Assembly (NCBI GenBank): GCA_043228905.1
Contig: JBHGNT010000014.1
Span: 18,476,001-18,540,000, forward strand
DNA from: Azolla caroliniana
Lineage: Eukaryota > Plantae > Polypodiophyta
Reading direction: 5' to 3'
Length of the DNA: 64,000 nt
Part shown: one piece after another, positions 12,275-22,676 of the stretch
How positions within the stretch are numbered: the first letter of the stretch is position 1
Layout of the letters: each line of letters opens with the position of its first letter
Made by a program: the position numbers and the translations under genes
The notes under the pieces: generated by a model
Told to the model about the DNA's origin: nothing
Database searches by the model: none
Seen by the model: only the letters and a program-made list of their open reading frames with translations

Positions 12275-12769
12275 TGGGTTCGACGTACAAGGTACTGTCC
12301 CACGGGCGTGCCATGTGTTACCAGCCGGCAAAGAAGGCTAAAGGAGGTCCAAACCAAAGTGTGAAAGGAATAGTTATTCGGGAACTGTTGGAATTAGTAG
12401 TCTTAATATATACATATTATTATGTGGACGGACGGACCGGAATCGGTATGCCGATCCGGATCCGGAACGATACCATAAAGGTGCCGGTTGGCACCGTTTT
12501 GTATTTCGCACCGGAGACCTATATAAAGGCCTGGTTACAATGTAATCAAGAGCAGATAATTAATAAAGCTTATGTTCTTGATCTTCAAAGTGTTGATTAC
12601 CGTTCTGTAATTATTGTCATATCTTATGCGTGTTAATTATGGATGGCTAAGTAATCGATTAAGGTCTAATTAAGCGTTGTGTCGTAAGTCATTCTTCCAT
12701 ACCACCCTTTAGTGACGTGTCTTGAGTGGACACCCTGTGTTAGGCTGTTGTCCGGTCCTAGCAATAACA
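12275..12769 (+). repeat. Putative 3' LTR of F (start uncertain: 12275 or 12316)
   Basis: Follows purine-rich AAAAGGGGTCGGATAA; contains TATATAAA; ends TAACA at the junction with Copia K; partner LTR not in window. Confidence 0.55.
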
Positions 12770-13545
12770 TTATTGTATAGACTCATGTCGATGAAGCACC
12801 GTATGTAAGCAGTTGTCTTCATGTGCATCACTTCCCATATCGCAGCCAAAGATCTTTAACCACGAGCATGTCCCTCATCTTCGACTTCCACACCGAATAG
12901 TTGGAGCCTGTGGGCTTGAACATGCCTCACAACAAATCGTCCATTTTTCTGTGTCGCCTCGCTCTGATACCACTTTGACAAGAATGCACGCTCCCTAAGC
13001 ACAACACTCGGCCACAACCAAGTCTAAAATCAAACACAGAAAACGGATAATGAACGCACGACACAGTGAAGAGAAGAGTACATAGGATGTTGACGTGGAA
13101 AACCCAAACTAGGGAAAAACCACGGCAGCCCACAGACTGCAAGCTATCACTATATTAGAATGTACAATAGTAAAGCACCGAGGCAACGACCTCGAGCTTG
13201 CTATCTTCGCCGCAGGCAGCGGTTACAACAGAGGTAACGACCTCTTCCTCTCACTCTCTCTCTCTCTGTACACTGTTACGTGCTCTACAGTCTTGCACCA
13301 ACAAGAATGACAACTACAATATACTAAGTTTTCCCTAAGTCATATTTATACTAATATGACTTTTCGGCTATTTACAAATATAGCCCCGATGGCCTCTCAG
13401 GAAACATATTTACGAATATGTGCCTTCATCCGGTGAGCACTTCTCACTGGGCCTTCACCATCCGGCTCTTGCCGGGTACTCCTCATCCGGTTCTCACCAA
13501 CACTGCTCTTCTCACTTCCCATCCGGAGGAACCTGTTTCCTAACA
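12770..13545 (-). mobile_element. Copia K fragment (E-type 5' LTR 12976-13545, Met PBS, gag start), interrupted by F
   Basis: LTR homologous to 22051-22676; PBS rc GCTCTGATACCA 12961-12972; gag SNYSVWKSKMRDMLVV. Confidence 0.88.
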
Positions 13546-14106
13546 TGAAACACGTGGGAACACGGGTGTGCACAAGTGCACATCCCTACTGAATTGAACT
13601 ATGTAAATACTAGGTATTGATAGGATGAGGCGCGCTAGGTAGTTAAGAGCATTAATAGGAGTTCTGAAATCGCGTAGGGGGGGGGGGAAGTTACGAGGAG
13701 AGAATCTAGAAAGGATAGTGACAGGTCTTAAAGGCCTTTTTGTAACGATCGCTCCTTGCGTGATAAAAGGGGCGCTCCTACCGCGACATCTTTGGTGAAC
13801 CCGATGTGAAAGGGGGCGGCAAAGGAATCCAAAAAATGAGAGGGAGCGAACTTGCGGAAGCAATGGCGGTGGCGGTAGACCACCTAGTTAGCGCTCGCGA
13901 GGGAATGAGTGCCCTCAACAGGGCCATAGAAGCAACGGTTGACAAGATAGGCCGGTTTAGTGGGAAAGACGCCACGAGTTACTTGGAGGCCTAGAAATCC
14001 AAAATGCAAATGAGGAATATATCGGAGGATAGACAGCTGACAGGGTTTCCCCGGCTCGTGACCCCGAGCATCCATACGGAGATGATCGAAATACAAGCGG
14101 GTTTCC
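13546..14106 (+). mobile_element. Gypsy G4 5' part (partial 5' LTR to 13788, Trp PBS, gag start); host of B
   Basis: LTR end GCGACA; PBS TGGTGAACCCGATGTGAA 13793-13810; gag MRGSELAEAM...GRFSGKDATSYL homologous to G1/G2; continues at 59615. Confidence 0.85.
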
Positions 14107-15466
14107 TGTTGAGCGGCAAACCCAACCGGATCCGGATCGGCATCCGGAAGGATGAGCCGAATCGGTGAACATGTGAGCAAGTGAGCCGGTGAGCTGGGGA
14201 GCCGGTTAGCCGGATCTAGTAGTAACCGGAAGCCTAGTAGCAGCCTAGACTACTAGGTAGTAAATAGTCTCGTAGTTAGTGTTAGATGCTCGTGTGAGCG
14301 TTGAAGTACGCAGTACTTCTGTCAGTCCTCTTTGGACTTGTATAAATAGTGTTGTTGAGCACATTGTATGTACATAGAACTATTGTTGTTTTGTAATAGA
14401 ATTTTTTGAACGTTCTGCATTTTCTCTGTCTCTCCCGCATACATTGTGTGTTAATCTCTCTCTCTCTCTCTCTGTCTCTGTTGCTATCCGGCAAGGCCGG
14501 TTTATCCTACGCTTCCGCACATAATCTTTTACATGGTATCAGAGCTCGAGGGTTGAGAACCTCTACAACCGACATCAACATCTGGAGACAAACCCTAAGA
14601 CCCGGTAAGAACAGAAAGAGAAGTGATGGATAGAGGAATGCCTAGCTCGCTCCCGGTGGAGAAGCTCGACAGATCCAAGTACGCATCTTGGTCATACAAG
14701 ATGCACCAGTACCTACTTGGGCATGGTTACTGGAGTTATGTCGACGGAGCTAACGACACAGCACTTGATGCGGCACACAAGGACTTCCTAGTGTGGGAAC
14801 AAGCGGCAAGCAGAGTGATGTACTGCTTTGCGTCTAGTGTCGGAGACCAGCTGCTGAGCCATGTGTGAGATGCCAAGATGCCAAAAGAAGCTTGGGAAAC
14901 CTGAAGAAGGTTTTCACGGCAAGCATTACGGCCCGGAAGCTGCAACTCCAACAGGAGTTGAGCAATGTTCGACAGAAGGACATATCAGTAGCCGATTACA
15001 CAACCCAAATCAAAGAGATCTATGACTCACTTGCCTCTATCAACGTCACTATAGAGGAAGATGAGATGGTGCATATCTGTCTTGGGGGCCTAGCGTCTAA
15101 GTTCAGAGCGTTCCGAACGGCGGTATGTACACGGAGAATACGTCGTCCTTTTTCGACTTACAGTCGATGCTCCTTGTCGAGGAGAACCACGCCGGTGCCT
15201 TAACAAGTGCACCCACCAACAGCCCGATGTTGTACACGGATGCAGATCGGCCCCGTGGGCGTGGTAGACGAGGCGGGTCGGCTCGCAATGGTAGCGGCCG
15301 ACAAGAGCAGGACCAAAGGCACAGAGAACATGCAGATAGCAGTTCCGAACCCTCCACAAGCAGGGGGAGTCAAGGCGGCGCCGGAGGCCGGCAAGCAAAG
15401 GCCAACACGGAATGTTGGTATTGTGGTAAAAAGGGCCATAGAGAAAACAAGTGTTGGAAGAAGCGT
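14107..15466 (+). mobile_element. Copia B 5' part: LTR 14107-14533, Met PBS 14534-14545, decayed gag
   Basis: TGTTG...TTACA; TGGTATCAGAGC; gag EKLDRSKYASW...CWYCGKKGHRENKC; interrupted by G3. Confidence 0.92.
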
Positions 15467-16100
15467 TGTCGCGAAGATTCGCGCGTATGTGTGCTACTTG
15501 AGCGACCACCGGGGTCTTGGGCTGGGGAGGATGTTCACGGAATTATAGAAGAGATGACGATCAATGTAAGATTGGATGAAATTTGTTCACTTGAGAAGAA
15601 GAAAGATTGTACACTTGAGAAGTAGAAAAATATGAAGAAGATAAAGACGAATATAATTATATTGATGTTAGTGGTGTTGGTGATATCACATATTGAGCCC
15701 CCCCTTACACAAGCTCCACTAGGGTTTTTATAACTCTCTTCATGCACAAAACCATGGGTTTAGAACCATGGTTTTGGGGACACGGTTTTGCTTATGACAT
15801 GCACAACCCATGGGTTTAAAACCATGGTTTTGTGTACATGGTTTTCTATGGTTGTTTCGTCTATAATTCATATATGAAAAGGAAATACATAAAATCTACA
15901 CTATATGATAGTTATCTTAGTGGTAAGGCAAACATCTTGTATCTTAGAGGTGCAAGGTTCAAACCTTGCTTGCAAGTCTCTGTATGAACTCAAGTGCCAC
16001 GAGGCCTTAGGCTTATTTGCTAAGTGCATGTGCAATGTTGCACATCCTTGGTTTATTCGTCTCACTCAGTTTCACACCGTAGCCGAAAATCGTCACGACA
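15467..16100 (-). repeat. 3' LTR of non-autonomous Gypsy G3
   Basis: TGTCG...CGACA termini; PPT rc TCCACCCCCACC from 16101; inverted homologue at 27088-27703. Confidence 0.92.
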
Positions 16101-17137
16101 TCCACCCCCACCAAACCCGCACATCCTCCGGTATGTGCCGAGAAAGGTGAAGAGGTGAGATCTTTGGCAACGGTGACCTCATCTGACTTCGTCTTCCACT
16201 TCAAGTATGCCCAATCTTTCCAACAGAACCACCATAGCCACCCGATCCACCATATCCGGCACTCACACCTTCTTCCCCGGTTGGTTGTAGTAGATCTACC
16301 GAACGATGTCGTTGATCCGACCGCTCTACCTTCGTCCACCGCGTGTGTCCTTCGATTGAACTCCTGGCCACTCCTCACGCTCACCATCTTCAACTGGGTG
16401 TTGTGGATCGTTCGTGCCGATCTCCGATTAGGCCGGGTTTGCCCTTGTCTGGATCGGTCTCCGTCAATCGCTTCTCGGCTCAATTGGCCTTTGTCTGCAT
16501 TTGCATTTCACTGAGTCGGGCTCGACCGATTGATTCCGGCTAGGTCGGCCCCCTTTTGCATCGGGATCGTTTGATTGATTTCCTTTATCTTCGGTCTTAT
16601 GTCGACACATGGTCTCGACTACCGAAGTCTCCGGAATCGGTGTGAATGAATCCCTTCGTTCATGCACATTTACCTTGTCTTCCTCTCGTCCTTCCGGTCC
16701 TCCGCTTTTCCGTCAACACATTTCGTCTCTCCGGTCTCACGTTGGCGCACGTGCACAACCGCCGAAGTCTCTAGAATAGGTGTGGGGATATCCTTTCGTC
16801 CTCGATCTTCTTCCTCCTTGTGTTGGGCCTTCGTCTTCCTATCACCACCTTCCATCTCTCCGGTCTCACGTTGGCACACGGGCGCAACCACCGAAGTCTC
16901 TGGAACAAGTGTGGAGAAAGTCTCGACATGACTATCTGTCGTCGACTCGTCCATAGCCACCGCCGACTCGATGTCGTTTGTCATGGCTACCTCCTTAATC
17001 ACGTCGGACTCAAACACTTTCTCTCCCTCGATCATGCAAGCTTTTCTCATACTTGCACCTTCATCACCCGATGTTTCGTACACAATGTGTGTTCCGAAAC
17101 ATTTATCCTCCCTCGAAGTGGCGTTTGCCGTCCTCGA
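16101..17137 (-). mobile_element. G3 3' internal region (no pol)
   Basis: Lies between the PPT and the TSD (CTCGA 17133-17137) of Copia D; joins 28637 when D is removed. Confidence 0.8.
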
Positions 17138-17972
17138 TGACGGGAACCAAACACTCCCTATACGCAACGCTCGGCCACAACCGAGCTTAGAATCATACAC
17201 AGAAAACGGGAAATAAATGCACGACACAAAGAAGAGAAGAGTACACAGGATGTTTACGTGGAAAACCCCAAACTAGGGAAAAAACCACGGCAGCCCACAG
17301 GCTGCAAACTATCACTATGTTAGAATGTACAACAGTGAGTTCACGGAGGCAACGACCTTGTGCTCGCGATCTTCGCCACAGGCGGCGGTTACAACAGAGG
17401 CAACGACCTCATTCTCTCTCTCTCTCTCTCTGTACACGGTTACGCGCTCTCTCTCTTCTTGCACCAACAGGAATAACAACCACTATCAAAAAGTTTGCCC
17501 TAAGTCATATTTATACTAATATGACTTTTCGGCTATTTACAAATATAGCCTCGATGGACTCTCAGAAACATATTTACGAATATGTCTCTTCATCCGGTGA
17601 GCATTCCTCACCGGGTCTGCACCATCCGGCTCTTCGTAGCCGGGTACTCCACATCCGGTTCTCACCGGGTCTGCACCATCCGGCTCTCTGTAGCCGGGTA
17701 CTCCTCATCCGGTTCTCACCGGGTCTGCATCGTCCGGCTCTCCGCAACCAGGTACTCCTCATCCGGTTCTCACCGGGTCTGCACCGTCCGGCTCTCCGTA
17801 GCCGGGTACTCCTCATCCGGTTCTCACCGGGTCTGCACCATCCGGCTCTCCGAAGCCAGGTACTCCTCATCCGGTTCTCACCGGATCTGCACCATCCGGC
17901 TCTCCATAGCCGGGTACTCCTTATCCAGTTCTCACCGGGTCTGCACCATCCGGAGGGACCTGTCTCCCAACA
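17138..17972 (-). repeat. D 3' LTR (835 bp) with 54-bp tandem array
   Basis: Same length and sequence type as 28638-29472; PPT rc AACTCCCCCTTC adjacent. Confidence 0.93.
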
Positions 17973-17982
17973 AACTCCCCCT

Positions 17983-20900
17983 TCACTCCGGCATGGGGTG
18001 TCTTACTAGTCCGATCCGCTTCCTGCATGCATCCAGCTTGTCGGGTATCAGCACTTTGGTCAGCATATCTGACCCGTTCTTGGCCGTGTGGATCTTCGTT
18101 AGCGCGAACTCCAGGTCATCTACTCTTTCCCGGATCCAGTGATACCTTCGCTGGATATGCTTCGTCCGGGAATGGTAGGCCGCATTCTTAGCAAGGTGGA
18201 TGGCACTTTGACTGTCGCAATAGAGCCGGTATTCATCTTGCCGAATACCGAGCTCTTCGATGAAGTCCTTCATCCACAGTATTTCCTTGCCGGCTTCCAC
18301 AACCACCATGTACTCCGCTTCCGTGATTGACAACGCAACCGTCTTCTGCAACCTCGACTGCCACGAAACATCTCCCCTTGCATATGTCATTACATACCCG
18401 GATGTAGAACCGGCTGGTATCCACATCAGCCGACATGTCTGAATCGGTGAAACCATCGAGTTGAGGTTTTCTGGAGCCGAATCGGAGACACATATTTGAA
18501 GTGCCCTTCAAATACCGGAGTATCCATTTGACCGCGTTCCAGTGCTCCTTGCCGGGATTGCTCATAAACCGGCTCACCACTCCGACTGCGTATCCTATAT
18601 CCGGTCAGGTACAAACCATTGCGTACATTAAGCTCCCGACGGCAGAGGCATATGGAATCTTCATCATATCCGCCTTCTCTGCTTTCGTCTTCGGGCTTTG
18701 CTTACCGGATAACCTGCAGTTTGCCGGAAGTGTCGATCCGACCGGTTTCGCATCTGACATGTTGAACCGGTGAAGCACCTTTGTCACGTACTTCTCCTGT
18801 GACATCCATAATTGCTTCACTGACCGGTTCCGGATAATATGCATCCCCAACATCTATCTTGCCGGACCCAAGTCTTTCATTGAGAAGGTTCGGTTGAGGG
18901 CCTTCTTCAGCATCCGTATTTTGACTTGGTTCCGTCCGACGATCAACATGTCATCCACGTACAGAAGGAGTATCAGGAAGTCGCCTCCTTCAAACTTCTT
19001 CACAAACACGCAGTGATCGGCCTGCGTCTTGTGGTACCCTTGATCGGTCATGAAGGAGTCAAACTTCCGGTACCATTGCCGGGGGGCCTATTTCAGCCCG
19101 TAGAGGCTCTAAGACTTCTTCAACCGGCAAACCAGGTGCTCCTTCCCTTTCTCCACGAATCCTTCCGGTTGCTGCATGTAGATCTCCGCTTCGAGGTCGC
19201 CGTGAGGGAATGTTGTCTTCACGTCCAGCTGTTCTACCTCGAGGTCCATGCTTGCCGCTATACTCAACACTGTCCAGATGGAGGTCATCTTTACTACCGG
19301 GGTAAATATCTCGTCAAAGTCCATGCCCCTTCACCACGATCCTGGCTTTGTATCTCGGGGGGTTGCCTGCATCTCCCGGTTTCAACTTGTACACCCACTT
19401 GTTTCGGAGTGCCCGCTTTCCTTTCGGCAACTCCACCAATTCGTACCTATGGTTCTCATGCAGGGAATCCATCTCATCCTGCATGGCACTTAACCATTTG
19501 CGGCTGTGGGTGTCATCCTTCGCTTCTTCGAAGCTTTCCGGCTCCCCCTCATCGGTCAGCAGCACATGCTCTGCATCCGGAAATCTCCGGGGCACCCTTC
19601 TCTCTCTGAGAGGATATCTCCGTCTCCGGGCTTTGGTAACCGGCTCCTCCATTTGCTCTTCATCCGAATCCGATTCGGGGTCTTGGCCGGTTCCGGTTTC
19701 GGCTTCCTCTACTTCTTCTTCTGCCAGTTCGATATCCTCACCGTAACCGGCTGGCTCCTCGAGTGCTAACCGGTCTCTTGCCGGTTGGGTCTGTTCATTG
19801 TAGAGTCTATCCTTACCGGTCGACTTGGAGTTCATTATCTTCTTCTCTGACTCCCAGTCAGCGAACGTCTTGTCCTCCATGAAGATAATATCTCGACTCC
19901 GGAATACCTTCTTGTCGACCAGGTACCACACTCGGTAACCGAACTCATCGTCACCGTAACCAAGGAATATGCATGGCCGGGTCTTTGGATCTAACTTTCC
20001 TCTCCGGTCCTTAGCTACATGCATGTACGCGAGACACCCGAACACCTTCAGATACTGGTAGGATACTTCCTTACCGGTCCATACTCTCTGTGGCGTGTCT
20101 CCGTCCAAGGGTACTGAGGGTGATCTATTTATCACATATGTCGCCGTCGACAATGCCTCAGCCCAAAACTTCTTGGGTAGTTTTCCATGCGCTAGCATAC
20201 TCCGGACCCTCTCCATTATGGTCCGGTTCATCCTCTCGGCCAGTCCGTTTAGTTCCAGCGTCTTCGGCACGGCAAATTCGAGCCAGATTCCCTTTGAGCG
20301 GCAGTACTCCTCAAACTGCCCCCGGTATTCTCCTCCGTTATCTACTCGAACCGCCTTCAGCTTCCGGCCGGTTTCTCTTTCCACTCTCGCGTGGAGCTCT
20401 TTGAAGACGGATAGCACCTGATCCTTCGTCTTCAACGGTGTGGCCCACAGCTTCCTGTTGTGGTCATCTATGAACATCACGAAGTACTGTGCTCTGGCAT
20501 GTGACTTCGTGTCTACTTGACACACATCCGTATGCAGCAACTCCAGTGGTGCATTACGTCTCATCGGTGGCCGTGGTCGGAAGGAGGTCTGGTTTTGCTT
20601 ACCGGCCAGACAATCAGTGCACTTCTCCAAGTGCACGTTCTTTACTGGAATGAGGTTGTCGTCTGCAAGCCTCTTCATCCCCTTCTCGCTCATGTGACAC
20701 AGCCTCTTGTGCCACAGCTCACCAGCAGTGTCGGATGCCACGTTCACTTCCTCCGGACATAACTGGGCATTCATAAGGTACAGAGTGTTGACCTTCCGAG
20801 CCCGAGCCACAATCAGGCTCCCTTTGCTGAACTTCATGACACCGTTCCGGATGCTACCCATGTAGCCTTCATCGTCTAGCCGACCGGCTGATATCAGGTT

Positions 20901-22019
20901 TAGACGAACCTCCGGAACGTGTCGGACATCCTTCAACAGCAACTTGCATCTGGTTGGTGTTGTCAACCACACGTCTCCTATGCCAACAATTCGGCATGTA
21001 CCTTCATTCCCCATCCGGACACAGTCGTGATCACCGGCTGAGTAGGATGAGAAGCATTTCCGGTCCGGGGTAAGGTGGAACAACACTCCGGAGTCTACCA
21101 CCCAGGTCATCTCGTCGCCGGCAAGGTTTATCTCACTCTCCTCGGTGATGAGCATCAACTCTTCTTCACTTGCCGCGATTGCCATCGTTCCCTTCTGGTC
21201 CGGCCCCCTCCGGTCTTTACCGTTCCGGTCCGAGGTCCGCTTCGAATCGGTACCGTCGGTTTCCTTGTCTTTCCAGAAATGCCGACAGTTCTTCTGGAAG
21301 TGTCCCGTCTTGCCGCAATAGAAGCAAGTAGGTCTCCCCCTTGACTTTGACCGTGTCCCCGACTTTTCCCGGTTCTGGGGACTACGGTTTCTGTGTCTTC
21401 CGCGTTCCGATTCGGTAAGGAGTGCTTTGGAGTTGGAGCTCGTATCCTTATCTTTCTGACACGCCTCCTCATCTAGCAAGCTTGACTTCACTCTTGCTAG
21501 GGATAACCGTTTTCCTTCCGGCCCGGCGTTGCCCAAGGTGACAACCAACGTCTCCCAGGTATCCGGGAGGGAATCGAGTAGGAGTAGCGCTAGTACCTCA
21601 TCGGCGAGAGGTACTTCCAATGATGTTGCCCGGTGGATCAACCCCCGGAAGGCATTCATGTGCTCCGCCATGCTGGAGCCATCTTGGTACCGGAGTCTTA
21701 CTAGCTTCCGAAATACCGAAACCTAATTGACAGCATTTTTGTTTTGAAACATAATGTCGATCTTCTCCCAGAGCTCATGAGCCATGCTCTCTTCATTGAA
21801 GTTGTTGTATAGACTCATGTCGATGAAGCACTGTATGTAAGCCGTTGTCTTCATGTGCATCACCTCCCATATCGCGGCGTCGATTTTGTCTGATCTCTTG
21901 TCCCCGAACTGAACCGGCAGCCAAAGTTCTTTAACCACGAGCATGTCCCTCATCTTCGACTTCCACACCGAATAGTTGGAGCTGGTGAGCTTGAACATGC
22001 CTCCCAACGAATCGTCCAT
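17983..22019 (-). pseudogene. Copia gag-pol (decayed; 785-aa open stretch 19314-21671)
   Basis: CFYCGKTGHFQKNC, WVVDSG, HTDVC, NGLAERMN, YVDD, HSRTKHI; frameshifts in RT. Confidence 0.92.
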
Positions 22020-22050
22020 TATTCTGTGTCGCCTCCCTCTGATACCACTT

Positions 22051-22676
22051 TGACAGGAATGCACGCTCCCTAAGCACAACACTCGGCCAGAACCGAGTCT
22101 AAAATCAAACACAGAAAACGGATAATGAACGCACGACACAAAGAAGGGAAGAGTACACAGGATGTTAACGTGGAAAACCCAAACTAGGGAAAAACCACGG
22201 TAGCCCACAGACTGCAAGTTATCACTATATCAGAATGTACAATAGTAAAGCACCGAGGCAACGAGCTCGAGCTTGCTATCTTCGCCACAGGTTGCGGTTA
22301 CAACAGAGGCAACGACCTCTTCCTCTCACTCTCTCTCTCTGTTCACTGTTACGTGCTCTACAATCTTGCACCAACAAGAATGACAACTACTATGTACTAA
22401 GTTTGGCCCAAGTCATATTTATACTAATATGACTTTTCGGCTATTTACAAATATAGCCCTGATGGCCTCTCAGGAAACATATTTACGAATATGTCCCTTC
22501 ATCCGGTGAGCACTTCTCACCGGGCCTTCACCATCCGCCTCTTGCCGGGTACTCCTCATCCGGTTCTCACCGGGTCTTCCGTAGCCGGGTACTCCTCATC
22601 CGGATTCGGCCTCGGCCGAATTTCTCATCAACACTGCTCTTCTCACTTCCCATCTGGAGGAACCTGTTTCCTAACA
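22051..22676 (-). repeat. E 5' LTR (626 bp)
   Basis: Met PBS rc CTCTGATACCA ending at 22047; matches 57912-58252 + 59261-59545 (626 bp); flank AGAGA is the rc of TCTCT at 59546. Confidence 0.93.

Larger units (their letters stand above)
4900..12769 (+). mobile_element. Ty3/Gypsy non-chromovirus element F (decayed; 5' part beyond A)
   Basis: PR-RT-RH-INT order, extra 3' ORF, LTR-like end ...AATAACA at 12769 abutting Copia gag sequence. Confidence 0.88.
17138..22676 (-). mobile_element. Chimeric Tork/Tnt1-like Copia: E 5' LTR + internal region + D 3' LTR
   Basis: The two LTRs do not match each other; each matches an LTR of the + strand element at 28638-59545. Confidence 0.9.

Noticed and set aside
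15905-15980. Functional tRNA gene
   Set aside because: No acceptor or anticodon stem and a 6-nt T-loop; kept only as a tRNA-like module.
17590-17952. CRISPR-like array
   Set aside because: Head-to-tail repeats with no unique spacers and no cas genes, inside a eukaryotic LTR.
17317-18142. Repeat-protein ORFs (HHPALRSRVLLIRFSPGL)n, also at 28339-29089 and 58647-59040
   Set aside because: By-product of a stop-poor 54-bp LTR tandem repeat that is open in several frames on both strands.
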